Virus record (IMG/VR): IMGVR_UViG_3300034106_006471
Location: 24,925 to 88,924 of that record
Origin: a virus
Length of the DNA stretch: 64,000 nucleotides
Reading direction: 5' to 3' (one strand)
Shown: piece after piece, positions 1 through 11,800 of the stretch
How positions within the stretch are numbered: the stretch's first letter is position 1
How the letters are laid out: each line of letters begins with the position of its first letter
Notes under the pieces: model-generated
Seen by the model: only the letters and a program-made list of their open reading frames with translations
What the model was told of the DNA's origin: nothing
Database searches by the model: none
Translations under genes and position numbers: made by a program

Positions 1-1
1 T

Positions 2-2401
2 AGTAATACTGTGCCTAAATTAAAAGAAGCTTTTCCTGGAGGGGCCGGAAAATCTTATTCAGCAACTGCTGATCAACTATTAAGTTTACTGCCATACAAT
101 ATTGACACAAATAAACAAGTTGGAGGGGGCGCTAAATCTTTTGCTTGGACATCAGCACAAACTTCTAGGAGCCCTTTGCTAGAAAAACAATTAGCATCAG
201 CACAAGCATCATTTAGCGACAACAATGCGCCTCCAATAAAGGTTGTTGCACAAGCTAAAACAGACGACCCAAGATTTCAATTTAGCTATAGCGAAGTAGA
301 AGCCCCACTCTTTGATCCTAATTCTAGAAATTTAGGAAACGACATCAACAAGTATATAATGATATCTGCTGCTAAAGGATCTGAAGCTACTAATCCATTC
401 TCGTTAATTCCTGAAAATAAAAAAATATACGCTCAAAATATAGATTCTGTTATAGAGATGTTAAATAATAATATGCCTAATGGAGAAGAATTACAAAAAA
501 GAATAGACTCTGGCGAAGATATGAAAAATTTAGCATTTTCTTTTCCATTAACTGGAGATAATTTAGGATTATCATTTATACCTTCCGATGCTTTGAATTT
601 ATTTAAAACAACATCAATTGGACAATCATTAGGAGATAATATTAACTTTTTAGCACCAGGATCTGGTACCAAACCAACTTTAGAAAATTTTACTCTATCA
701 GGAGAATTAACTAAAGCATATACACAAGCTAGATTAGATAGAATTAAAAAGAGGGGAAGTGAAATATCACAAATTAAAACAGAAAAAGCAGAAGGATTTG
801 ATAAAATTAAAGATGTAAAAACAGACTTTGAAGTTGAAGAAGTAAGAATAGCTATAGCCAAAGTTGCTCAAAGACTAGCCCTAAAAGAATTTCAAAATGC
901 TAATTTACCAGTATCATTAAAAGACCCAAACAGCTTAGCAGATGTTGGTGGTTTAGCTAGTGGTATTTTTAGTATACAGCCAAAATTTGATAATAGAGGA
1001 GCATCATACTTATTATTAGATTCTTGGAGAGGTATATTTTCAACTCTTTATAAACCAGACAATGCACAAAAAGAATCATTATATTTCAAGTCATCTGGCA
1101 TAGATTTAAGTAGTGCAGCAGCAGCAGCTAGCACAGCAGAATCTGGTTTATCAGACCTGATAAGAAGAGAAAAAACTATTAGACAAGCTAAAAATAGTAA
1201 TGTTAGCACAGCACTAACATCACAACAAAAAGAAAGCTTAGAATTTGAAGGAGGTAAATTATATACCATAGGAGCAGACGGTAAAAAAACAGAAACTAGT
1301 CCAGAAGCTAGAGAAAGTCCAACAACAGTAGCTCAAGTAGAAAAAATAGCACTAGTACCAGAAAATATTTTTCCTGAACAAAAAACTAGACAAAATTATT
1401 TAGATGTATTAATAGACTATTATAATAAAGCTAAACTTAGTGATGCAGCTAAGAGCGCGATGGCTCTAAAAACTTGGTACGGCGCTCAAGATAATTATTT
1501 AAATACAAGCTTATCGCCAGAACAGCTATCAAGTAATATACCAAAAGTTGAACAAGATATTACACTAAATGATAGAGATAGTTTTCAAAAATCTCACTTT
1601 TTATTAGCCGGGCAGAAGTACGGAGAACTACCAACAATACCTAAAATAGTTGAACTAATTAAGGTTAGAGCAGAAGAAAAAGCTAAAGAGCCAGAAAAGA
1701 AGGAGACAAGCGCTGGTGCAGACATTGCGAATAATTATGCTACTGGAGGTTTAGTATATGCTAGTAAGGGTAAACTAATTAATTTTCAACCACGAGGAAC
1801 AGACACTGTTCCTGCCATGTTAACTCCTGGAGAATTTGTGATCAATAGAGAATCTACAAATAAATATAAGCCAGTTTTAGAGGCTATTAATAGTGGTAAT
1901 TATAATCAAGGAGGTATAGTTAAATATTTGAATAATGGTGGAATAGTATTCCCTAATTATTATCAAGATGCTGGAAATGTATCTGGTAGAAATGCCTCAT
2001 TTGATTTTGCTGGCTTTATGCAAAATCTTACTGGAAAGCTTATTAGTACTATTCCGGAAGCTATAAAACAAGCTTTTAGTGGCTCCTCAACCACAACCCA
2101 AACAACCACAAATGGTGTATCATCTATTGATAGTGGAGCTTTGGATAAATTAAATCAGTTTACAAATAGACTAAAGAGTGTGGCTGATACTTTGGCCGGT
2201 TTACAAGCTATTCCTTCAGAAATTAATATTACAGGAAAACATGATCTCAATATTATTATCAATGGAGATAGCGCATTGAATCAACTAAAGCCAGATTTAC
2301 AAAATATAGTATTATCTAAAATGAGAGATGCTTTTAAATCATTAATAGATAAAAATACACAAAGTGGTGGATTACTTAAGAATATGCCGGATTTAATTTA
2401 A
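2..2401 (+). CDS. tape-measure-like protein, C-terminal part (5'-truncated by window edge)
   Basis: Frame is open from base 2 (agt aat act gtg...). C-terminal motif GGLVYASKG...RGTDTVPAMLTPGEFVINRES...LEAIN is typical of phage tape-measure C-termini. Lies upstream of tail genes. Confidence 0.7.
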   Translation, partial: SNTVPKLKEAFPGGAGKSYSATADQLLSLLPYNIDTNKQVGGGAKSFAWTSAQTSRSPLLEKQLASAQASFSDNNAPPIKVVAQAKTDDPRFQFSYSEVEAPLFDPNSRNLGNDINKYIMISAAKGSEATNPFSLIPENKKIYAQNIDSVIEMLNNNMPNGEELQKRIDSGEDMKNLAFSFPLTGDNLGLSFIPSDALNLFKTTSIGQSLGDNINFLAPGSGTKPTLENFTLSGELTKAYTQARLDRIKKRGSEISQIKTEKAEGFDKIKDVKTDFEVEEVRIAIAKVAQRLALKEFQNANLPVSLKDPNSLADVGGLASGIFSIQPKFDNRGASYLLLDSWRGIFSTLYKPDNAQKESLYFKSSGIDLSSAAAAASTAESGLSDLIRREKTIRQAKNSNVSTALTSQQKESLEFEGGKLYTIGADGKKTETSPEARESPTTVAQVEKIALVPENIFPEQKTRQNYLDVLIDYYNKAKLSDAAKSAMALKTWYGAQDNYLNTSLSPEQLSSNIPKVEQDITLNDRDSFQKSHFLLAGQKYGELPTIPKIVELIKVRAEEKAKEPEKKETSAGADIANNYATGGLVYASKGKLINFQPRGTDTVPAMLTPGEFVINRESTNKYKPVLEAINSGNYNQGGIVKYLNNGGIVFPNYYQDAGNVSGRNASFDFAGFMQNLTGKLISTIPEAIKQAFSGSSTTTQTTTNGVSSIDSGALDKLNQFTNRLKSVADTLAGLQAIPSEINITGKHDLNIIINGDSALNQLKPDLQNIVLSKMRDAFKSLIDKNTQSGGLLKNMPDLI

Positions 2402-2424
2402 TATCACAAACATAGGTTTATATA

Positions 2425-5400
2425 ATGAAAATATTTGATAATGTTGGTTGTGAATTTATTTATAACAGTAATAATACTTTTACGTTATTAGGTCCTCTCT
2501 CAGGATATGCATCATTATCAATACAAGACTATGGATTTTCTATTCCTTATTTGGCTAGAAATATTGATGGTAAAAATATAGAATATGAATTAGGAGTAGG
2601 ATATTTAGATAAAGTTGATAATAAATTAGTTTTAAAAGATAAAAAAATATCAGTTTCTTCAAACAATAATCAACACGTAGACTTTAGCAAAAATGGAAAC
2701 AAACAATTCTACATTTTTGTACATAATGTAAACTTTAATAATGCTTTTAATAATGTATTTATCTGCAATAAAGATTTTAATATCGAACCGCGTAAAAGCG
2801 TTTATATAGTTGATGTTTCTAGCGGTTATGTTACAGCATCCCTTCCAGACCCAGTTCTATGTGAAGCTGTAGAGCTAGAATTTAAAACTTTAGGAGATTC
2901 TGGAGTTCTAAGCCTAAACTGCGAAGAGTTTAAACTAGCTATAGATAGTAATAAATATACAAAATTAGTATCTACGGGTAAAGATTGGATTGAATTAAAA
3001 GATAATAATACTAATAATATATCATCATTATCTTTATCAACTGATGACTCTTCTTTTCGGGTTTTGGGCGATCCAACAGGAGCGGATAGATCTTTACAAT
3101 TTAATAATAATGGTTCTTTTGATGATTCATCACTATATCAAGGGAATAATGACAAATTACTTTTCGGATCTAGTACAGAATCAGCCGCTAAAAATATTAT
3201 TCCTAGTAGTGGAGATCATGATTTAATATTAAATCAAACAAAAGACGGATCTAATTTTATAGTTTATGGCACCGGAAATGCTCCGGGCTATCCAGCTAAA
3301 AACTTATACTTTAGTTATGACGGAAGACTAGGCATTAATATGCCATCAGGAGTAAATACAGGATCTATAGTAAAACCATCAACAATATTACACGTATTTA
3401 ATACATTATGTAGAGAAGGTATTCGTTTAGAGAACAGAGCTAATTGTTATCCAGCTGATATTACTCTATATGATAACCCCTTCACATCTCCTAGATCAAA
3501 TGGTAGTAGTATAGCCAGAATAGTTTTTGCTGGAAAAGATAATGCTTCTAATAAAATAGATTTTGCTACCATAGAAACTAAAATAAAATCAGCTTCATCT
3601 AAATTAGGACAGCTGGATATTTCTGTATCTAATGGCGCCTCATCTAAAACAACAATATCAACCAGCTCTGATAGAACAAAAATAGAATCTAATAATGCAT
3701 TAATAGACGTTAATACTTCATCAATTAGACTAAGTGGAACACACATCAGTATTACTGGAACCAATGTAGGAATAGCTGCCTTATCAAGCGTTAATTTAAC
3801 AGGTACAGCTATTGTTAGCACAAGTCTTAGATTACCATATATATCGTCAGTAAATTCATTACTATCTATTGATTCTTCTAATAGAGTTATAGCAGCTACA
3901 GGTTTTAAAATCCCTGGATTAAGTGGCGGTTCCGAAGAAAGACTATTAAGCGTTAAAACAGATGGCACTGTTGTTGGACAAATACCAAAAGATGGAGTTT
4001 GGCCCTATGAGACAGGACAAAAAATAGGCGGCAAAGATGTGATTTGGGATAGGTATCCTTATAGAACCGCCCAGGTTTGCTTAAATAAAATAACACAAGA
4101 GATTGAAATAGAAAATACTCCTCTGGAGGAATTTAGTATTGGTGATCAAATAGCTATTTTAAATTTGTCAAACAATACTACTATTTATAGAAGAATTAGA
4201 GATTTAACAATCAATAATGATATTATCACTAGAATCTTAATAGATCAAGATGTTTTATTTACTGGATCAACCGTAAATCTCAAAGTATATTCAGTATCCA
4301 AAGGTGGAATATTAACCAATACAATATATACCTCCGAAACCATATCAGACGCTACTGCTATAGTTTTAAGTTCTAGACCACAAGCTAATACGGTATTTAA
4401 TACTAAAAAGAAAAATATTGATTTTACAGTATTTGGTTCCGAAGATAAGCCTGCTTTTAATATATTAGCTAATGTAGGAAGTAATCAAAATATTACCGGA
4501 GCTTACTTTAAGTACGCCACTCATGTATCAGGCTCTCCACCTACCCAGTCCAAGATAGATTCGGATGGAAATGGCTCTATTAATAGTTCAGCTAATAATT
4601 CAGCTAATTTTGCCGATGCTGCTGATCCTGTTTGGTCTGGAAAAGTTACTGTGGTTGGGAATAATGGAAAGCCTAGTTATTATAAAACATTTGATCAAAA
4701 TGGGAATGTTGCAGAGTGGGTGGAAGATGAGAATAAACAGTATTCATATGCTAGCTATCAATATGTTTGTGGCGGCTCTTGGAGAACAGCCAATAATAAT
4801 AGTTTAAGAGGATATATTGCAACGCCAAGATATAGTGGTTTGGACGATATTGGATTTAGAATTTGTTCCAAAGCAGGATATTCTCACAATTTAGAAAATG
4901 CTTTATCAATAGATTTTGTTAGAGTTGATGATATTAATAATCCTTCCGATACTAGCCCTATATATGAAGAAGCTTGGACAAACAGATTTAATGATACTAA
5001 CGACGACCCGTTACCTATTACAAAATCTGATCTGGGTGTAGTTTCATATCCATTCAGAATTAGCTCATATGAAGTTACTAATGGTCAGTATTTAGCATTT
5101 TTAAACAGTGTGGCGACAGGAGTATCTTCAATTAGTGGATTATATAAGTCAAGTATGACTTCTAGTCCAGTTGGAGGAATATCAGTTTCTGGTAATGGAA
5201 CATCAATACCGTTCACTTATTATGTTAAAAATAATATGGAGAGTATGCCTGTCGTATTCGTGGACTATGTAAGCTGTATCAGATATATAAATTGGTTAAG
5301 CAATGGAGCCCCAACCGGCAATAACATATTGCCTGGAATTACAGAATTTGGTGCATACAGCATACAGTCTGGTCCAGGAGGCACCGATCAAATTACTAAA

Positions 5401-8265
5401 AATAGAGATCAAAATTATTGGTTACCTAGCTTAAACGAATGGCATAAAGCAGCATATTACTATCCAGCTAATGAAGAAAACTCCTCCCCTTACTCTGCTA
5501 TTACTATTAGAACAGATACTCCATTTGAGTACAAGCAAGCAGAGCCTTTTGTGTCAGGAACAGGACAAATAGCTTCTGTAACAATTAGTGGTTTACTTTA
5601 TGCTGATTATTTAAAGATTAATCCTCTTGTTATAAAAGATTTAGATAGGAATTATACAACAGCTATTGATCCGACAGAAACGGTTGTTTCTGTAAAAGGC
5701 TTAACATATTTTATTAATCAGACAGGAGAAGATACTGGTAGATTGATCTTAAGGCCAGACAAAACAGTATTTACTCAACCAGTATTAGTAACTACAGGAG
5801 TAGCAAGCACAGTTGATAAATCTGCTGGGATACTAATAGAATCTAGTGGGATTAGTTATGTAGACAGTCAAGGCAAAAAAATTCCTGGAGGCTTATTTCC
5901 AGGGCCAAACGGTGGCTACTTATTTAAGGATCCCAATGGCAGTAATATAATATCTTCCTCTGGCAATTTGATATCTAAATCCGTTAGTGGAGAATATTTA
6001 GCATCTATAACCAGTATTCCTAATAATAGCATTGTTTATCAAGACAATAGATCCGTTTTAGTTGGAAGCTCTTGGTTTAGTGTTGGTAATCCTCCATCTA
6101 ATTTAAAATTCGAAGGAGGAGATAAAGTTGTAACGATATCGTCGTCCTCAACATCAGAATCAACAACAGAACAATCTGAAGAAGATCAAAAACAAAAAGT
6201 ATTATTATATACCGATAATTTAGCCATCGGCCCTGTTTTAGAGTCATATTCTGGCAGCTTATTAACTCATGGAGGTTCTAATATTGCTTATTGGCAACCA
6301 AATGAATTTTTAAGATTACCAGGAGCGATTTGGGAAAAATATCCTAGACGAGCAATAGAGTTTAGTCTAGATCCTGAATCAGATTATACCCAAATTGATT
6401 CTTTTAGATTTGTTGATATAGAACCATCAGATGGAGGAACAGGACCAGTAACTGTTGGTGAACTTAAAAATGAATTTGCTATTAATGAGACTATAGCTAT
6501 ATATAATCAAAAGAGAAATGTAATATATGTTAAAATATCTAATAAAGGATTAGTAGATTCTAGAGGTAGAGTAGTAAATAGTGGATTATTTACTGATGAA
6601 AGTAATTTGGTAATGAATGTTTGTCCACCAATACCAGCAGATTTTGCAAGACAATCTAAATTAGAATTGGCACCAGATAATACAAATGATGGTAGACTAA
6701 TAGCGTATGCTTTTTCTGTTCAAAAGGGTGGTTATTTGGATATGCTCATGGAGCCACAGGCTACTGGAGTTTTTTCTTGCGAAGGACTAATTACATCTCC
6801 CACAACCACATCTGAATACAAATTTAAACCAGGAACATCTAATACTATTAGTTTGCGTCCAGAGATCCACACAGCCTTCAATAAGCTTGCTGAGAATATA
6901 GACTTTGTTGTGTATGGACATAGACCAACTTTATTTACCAGATATGAAAATGACTGGTTTGATAAAGATAAGTCTGGATTGCCCACAGGATTGACTCCAG
7001 CATTTAGAATTAATACAAAAATAAATAACAGCGTAATTGGATCGTTAGAGAGTGGCGTTCTGGTTCAAACCATAGGAGAAACAAGCTCTATAGCAACTGG
7101 TATACTTCCTGATTTTAATCCTAAAATAACAATAAATACTAAAGAACCATATAGAATAGCCACACTAAATAATATTAAACAGGGTATTTTGCTACCTAAT
7201 AGTAATCCAGCCTTAAATTTGGAACTTGAAAAAACGTATGGAACTACAATTCCTATAACCGGTGTTGCAATATCAGGTACGAAAGATTTATCAAATTATG
7301 CTGATTTGACTATCGGAGGAACAACATATACTGATCAATTAATTACAAAAGATGTAGTATTAGGTCCATTATGGAAGGGAGTGATTCCTATACCATATGA
7401 ATTATCATTAACTCAAAAAGTTTATGCTCCTAATTATCCTTTGACAATTAATAATCTTGGTCAAATTGTTTCACTAATACCTCCTCCAGCACCAACAGCG
7501 CCATCTGCTCCCTTAGACTTAGTAGCAAATCCAAAAAATAATTCAGTAATACTAACATGGAATCCCCCTGAGAATGACGGTGGAGAGCCAATTATTGGTT
7601 ATGTGGTTGAATTCTCTATTGACGATGGAAATGTTTGGATAATTGCTGATCAAATAGACGAACAAACATTATTGCCCAATAATCCTGATAAAAATACTAT
7701 AAGAATATTAAATAGTCCAACTGTTACTAACAATATAGGCTATATATTTAGAGTAAGATCTTATAATAGTATTGGTTTTGGTGCATACTCTCAAATTTCT
7801 ACTAGCGTTACCCCATCATCTTCTTTATCCCCAGCTTCTGTTAATAATTTAAGAATCTCTCAGGGAGAAGATTTTGACGGCATAAGAAATTCTACTAATA
7901 TAGTATTGTCTTGGGACCCAGTTGTTTCATTACCAGATGACACAACTCTTCAAAATTATATTGTAGAATATTGGATCTATAATACATTAGATAATAAAGA
8001 TCTAAAATTAGCAACCTGGACAACAGCAGCCAATAGCCCTGTTAGTCCCACAAGCACATCTATATCAATTGGAGGAATAAATACTACATCATTATACTAC
8101 TTTAGCGTATCTACTCTAGCTTCTAATGGTAGTTCTAGCAGTAGATCATTATATGCTAGTTTAGGTAGCGATCCGGATCCAAGACCAATAACTAATCGTC
8201 GAATTAGAAATAATCCTAATAGCTACAACTTCGGATCTATTATATTCACAGGATCATGCTCATAA
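2425..8265 (+). CDS. giant tail fibre/adhesin with permuted FGE-sulfatase-like domain and two C-terminal FN3 domains
   Basis: N-terminus resembles the common phage fibre anchor (FTLLGPLSGY...YELGVG...SSNNNQHVDFS; GADRSLQFNNNGSF). FGE motifs DQNGNVAEW, GGSW, IGFR, EVTNGQY, PVVFV, LPSLNEWHKAAYY at ~4597-5466. FN3 motifs APSAPLDL..VILTWNPPENDGGEPIIGYVVE..YIFRVRSYNSIGFG at ~7495-8160. Confidence 0.75.
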   Translation: MKIFDNVGCEFIYNSNNTFTLLGPLSGYASLSIQDYGFSIPYLARNIDGKNIEYELGVGYLDKVDNKLVLKDKKISVSSNNNQHVDFSKNGNKQFYIFVHNVNFNNAFNNVFICNKDFNIEPRKSVYIVDVSSGYVTASLPDPVLCEAVELEFKTLGDSGVLSLNCEEFKLAIDSNKYTKLVSTGKDWIELKDNNTNNISSLSLSTDDSSFRVLGDPTGADRSLQFNNNGSFDDSSLYQGNNDKLLFGSSTESAAKNIIPSSGDHDLILNQTKDGSNFIVYGTGNAPGYPAKNLYFSYDGRLGINMPSGVNTGSIVKPSTILHVFNTLCREGIRLENRANCYPADITLYDNPFTSPRSNGSSIARIVFAGKDNASNKIDFATIETKIKSASSKLGQLDISVSNGASSKTTISTSSDRTKIESNNALIDVNTSSIRLSGTHISITGTNVGIAALSSVNLTGTAIVSTSLRLPYISSVNSLLSIDSSNRVIAATGFKIPGLSGGSEERLLSVKTDGTVVGQIPKDGVWPYETGQKIGGKDVIWDRYPYRTAQVCLNKITQEIEIENTPLEEFSIGDQIAILNLSNNTTIYRRIRDLTINNDIITRILIDQDVLFTGSTVNLKVYSVSKGGILTNTIYTSETISDATAIVLSSRPQANTVFNTKKKNIDFTVFGSEDKPAFNILANVGSNQNITGAYFKYATHVSGSPPTQSKIDSDGNGSINSSANNSANFADAADPVWSGKVTVVGNNGKPSYYKTFDQNGNVAEWVEDENKQYSYASYQYVCGGSWRTANNNSLRGYIATPRYSGLDDIGFRICSKAGYSHNLENALSIDFVRVDDINNPSDTSPIYEEAWTNRFNDTNDDPLPITKSDLGVVSYPFRISSYEVTNGQYLAFLNSVATGVSSISGLYKSSMTSSPVGGISVSGNGTSIPFTYYVKNNMESMPVVFVDYVSCIRYINWLSNGAPTGNNILPGITEFGAYSIQSGPGGTDQITKNRDQNYWLPSLNEWHKAAYYYPANEENSSPYSAITIRTDTPFEYKQAEPFVSGTGQIASVTISGLLYADYLKINPLVIKDLDRNYTTAIDPTETVVSVKGLTYFINQTGEDTGRLILRPDKTVFTQPVLVTTGVASTVDKSAGILIESSGISYVDSQGKKIPGGLFPGPNGGYLFKDPNGSNIISSSGNLISKSVSGEYLASITSIPNNSIVYQDNRSVLVGSSWFSVGNPPSNLKFEGGDKVVTISSSSTSESTTEQSEEDQKQKVLLYTDNLAIGPVLESYSGSLLTHGGSNIAYWQPNEFLRLPGAIWEKYPRRAIEFSLDPESDYTQIDSFRFVDIEPSDGGTGPVTVGELKNEFAINETIAIYNQKRNVIYVKISNKGLVDSRGRVVNSGLFTDESNLVMNVCPPIPADFARQSKLELAPDNTNDGRLIAYAFSVQKGGYLDMLMEPQATGVFSCEGLITSPTTTSEYKFKPGTSNTISLRPEIHTAFNKLAENIDFVVYGHRPTLFTRYENDWFDKDKSGLPTGLTPAFRINTKINNSVIGSLESGVLVQTIGETSSIATGILPDFNPKITINTKEPYRIATLNNIKQGILLPNSNPALNLELEKTYGTTIPITGVAISGTKDLSNYADLTIGGTTYTDQLITKDVVLGPLWKGVIPIPYELSLTQKVYAPNYPLTINNLGQIVSLIPPPAPTAPSAPLDLVANPKNNSVILTWNPPENDGGEPIIGYVVEFSIDDGNVWIIADQIDEQTLLPNNPDKNTIRILNSPTVTNNIGYIFRVRSYNSIGFGAYSQISTSVTPSSSLSPASVNNLRISQGEDFDGIRNSTNIVLSWDPVVSLPDDTTLQNYIVEYWIYNTLDNKDLKLATWTTAANSPVSPTSTSISIGGINTTSLYYFSVSTLASNGSSSSRSLYASLGSDPDPRPITNRRIRNNPNSYNFGSIIFTGSCS

Positions 8266-8277
8266 AAGGAGAAGTAA

Positions 8278-8829
8278 ATGTCAGCACCTCTTATTCTTAA
8301 ACACTGTTACGAAAATTTAAACGCCCCCAGCCCAGATCAATTAGAGGTTGGCGAACTAGTTATTAATTCTAGAACAGGGAAATTATATACTAGGTTAGCA
8401 TTAGATAATAAAAATCCACCAACCCCAGGACCTATTATAGAATTTATTGGTAAGCAAGTTTGCTATGCAAAAATACCGTCAATTACATTTGATAGCGTAT
8501 CCGATTTTTGTTGCAATGAGGATATTCTTAAAGTTAAGGTTATAGATTTACTTAAAGATACTGAATATAGATTCGAACTTGAAGATATTAGTGGAAATAA
8601 TATTGACTATACTATTAATAGCCCCTTATACACTGATTATACTGTTAGTGATTTAGGAAACTCTTCTGTCGAGTTAAGAGAAGCCGTAATACCTATTACT
8701 TTAAAAATATTGGGATCAAAAAATATTACAATACTTAAATTTAAAATTTTAGGCGGCAGTGTTGATATTAATAGAGAATTAACTAGTAGAACTATAACTA
8801 TTTCTTGCAATAATTGTGATGGACTATAA
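8278..8829 (+). CDS. virion/tail-fibre-associated protein
   Basis: SD-like AAGGAG upstream. N-terminal LILKH..APSPDQLEVGELVINSRTGKLYT matches the 'L..GE.AIN..DGKLY' motif common at phage fibre N-termini. Confidence 0.55.
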   Translation: MSAPLILKHCYENLNAPSPDQLEVGELVINSRTGKLYTRLALDNKNPPTPGPIIEFIGKQVCYAKIPSITFDSVSDFCCNEDILKVKVIDLLKDTEYRFELEDISGNNIDYTINSPLYTDYTVSDLGNSSVELREAVIPITLKILGSKNITILKFKILGGSVDINRELTSRTITISCNNCDGL

Positions 8830-11800
8830 AATGTTTATTCAGGCAAAAAGATATGGAGTATTAGAAGCTGCTTGTGGAATACAAGTATTTTTTGAAAAAA
8901 TAATACCAAGACCTACTAAAATAGCAAATATTATTAATGCTACTAGAGTTAATAGCGTATCAACTATAACTTTGAATAGACTAATAGAGTCTGTAAGTAA
9001 GAATCAGAGAATAACAATAGCACAATCGACTAATGCTCCATCTGACATTATTCCTATACCAGATTCATTTATTGGGGATTTTACCACTACATCTTCTATA
9101 GAGGTAGTAGAGTCTAATAATCTATCATTAACATTTGATCAAAACCTACCTAATACTCAAGGACTATCAGGACAGGTTATGACAGGAGATCTGTACAAGC
9201 AGTCAAACATAGCACCATCTGATCAGTATTTAATACAATTTTTTATAGAAACAAAAACACCTTCTAGCGCTGAAGCCACAGTAAATCCTTCGTCTTATAT
9301 TGTTGGAGGTTATGAGAATTTTATTCCCTCAACGGTTCTTAATGTAGTATCAAGATACAGTAAATCTGTAAAAATTTTATTAAAAATGGTTATCAAAGAC
9401 TATAAAAGTAATACTCTTCTTAGAACGGAATATCAAGAAATTATAGTATCAGATGCTTCTTCCAAACCATGTGAAATTATATACGAAAAACCTATTGATA
9501 CTAATTTTTATGAATTAAATAAAAAAAATAATTGGAGTTATTTTCATGATGGATATTTGTTAGCAGAATTTATTCCAGATAAGTATCATAAAGATATTAT
9601 TATTAAGCTTATTAAAAAAAATAATCGGTTATTACCTAATAGAAGCGACAAAGATAGAATTCGTATTATTGCTGATCCTATAAAACTACAAGATAAACAG
9701 ACTACAATAGATAAAATTAGAAATGCAGTATTAGATATGTATGGTACTATTAGTAATAGTATTGCTATAGCTAATTTAGGAAATAAATCATACGATATTA
9801 TCGTAGAAAATAAATTGGCTAAGCCTGAAGACTTTCAAGATCTTATAGTAGATATTGTGCCCCCAGTAACAGGAACAAACATTAAATTTTCTGAAGTAGC
9901 AACCGCAGAAAACTATACTCAAGATTTAGCTAGTATTCCTAAGATTAGTATATTAAAATGGAATAATTATGGTATTGGAGAATTACATTATAATAGTAGA
10001 ATATATGATAATGATAGTATATTAGTTAATATTTCTGGAGATATTACTGCAAGTTTATCCGGAACTATATCTGATATTACTAATGGAGTTAATTATTTAT
10101 CTACATTATATATTCAACCTACTCCTACTCCATCTAATACTACTACTCCTACTGTTACTCCAACCATAACAGCTACATCGACAACTACTCCAACAATTAC
10201 TCCAACGATCACTCCTACAGAAACAATAACCCCTAGTCCAACAGAAACGATTACTCCTACTCCTACTGAAACGATAACTCCGACTCCAACAGAAACTATA
10301 ACACCAACTCCTACCTCAACAGAATTACCTATTAGTATTAATGTTGTTGTTCATGACGAAAGTAGAGATGGACCGTTATCAAACTCACCTAATTCGCCTA
10401 CTTCTGTTTTTCTTATTAGTGGAAATAGTAGAGTAGTAGGATCTGTTGGTGGAAATAGTGATTATTTTAATTTTCAAATAGATTCAAATCATATATTAAA
10501 TTCTATTTCCTTAGTAAATTATGTATCTCTTGACAGTATTGCTTGGATAGGTATTCAATCAGGACTATCATGGACGGCCGGAGATAATCCTAATTTAATG
10601 TTGGATCAACAACATTTTGGATCAGATGATATTAATAATAATATTTTAACCAACGCTACTCCGTTAAGCTCTGGAGTTTATGTTATAAGAATTCAACAAC
10701 TAGGCTCAGAGGCTTTGTATAATCTTAATTTTGAATTAGTAGCTGCTCCAACTTCTACTCCAACAATCACTCCAACCATTACCTCTACTCCCACGACAAC
10801 ATTAACAGTTACCCCAACTAATACAATTAGTCCAAGTTTAACTCCAACAAATACTATTACATCAACACAAACCCCAACCAACACACCTACTTTAACAACA
10901 ACTCCCACCCCTACTACTAGCTCAATGATTAATGTATTGCCTACTGTTACTCCAACTATTACCCCAACCTCTAGCTTAACAAATACGCCTACGATTACTC
11001 TAACAACCACTCCAACCATAACTCCTAGTGTTAGCTCAATAATTTTTAGAACCAGTAATACTGCTAATTATAATAATTGTGCTAGTTGGGATAATTTAAG
11101 TGGTAATGTAACGTCGGTTGGAACTAATGGAAAAGGATCGTCGTATGGAATTCATGATATGAATGGTAATGTTTGGGAATGGACAGAAAGATTGTGGAAT
11201 GCTGGAGCGCGAGGAGTTAAGGGAGGTAGCTGGAATAGTATAGATAACAGATTATTAAGAACATATGAAGGTATTCAACAGCCAACAACAGTATTAAACC
11301 AGATAGGTTTTAGAGTAGGTTCATTTGTATTAAATAATTTAAATAATTTTATTGTAATTTCAGATAGTGAAAATATTAATGATGATTCTGGAATAGGTAA
11401 TGTTGATTATATATATAGTATTGGTAGATTTTTAGTAACAAATAGCGAATATGCTGAATTTTTAAATAATATAGCAGCACTAGATACTTTTGAAGTATAT
11501 GATATTAATATGAATGGTAATAGAGGAGGCATAATAAGGTCAGGAATTTCGGGATCATACATTTATACAGTCAAAAATAATTATCAAAATAAACCGGTTG
11601 TTTTTGTAAATTGGTATAATGCTGCAAGATATTGCAATTGGTTACACAATAGCAAGCCAACAGGAAATCAAAATAATAGTACTACAGAGAACGGAGCTTA
11701 TCAGTTGACAGGAAATACAAATAGTCCAAATAGAACAATAAATGCTCAATTTTTTATACCAAATGGAAACGAGTGGCAAAAAGCTGCATTCTATAAAGCA

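Noticed and set aside
11026-11320. Diversity-generating retroelement (TR/VR pair with 63555-63850), suggested by the FGE/CLec fold
   Set aside because: Both copies are inside long ORFs, differences are mostly synonymous and not adenine-specific, and no reverse transcriptase is present in the window (one could lie outside it).
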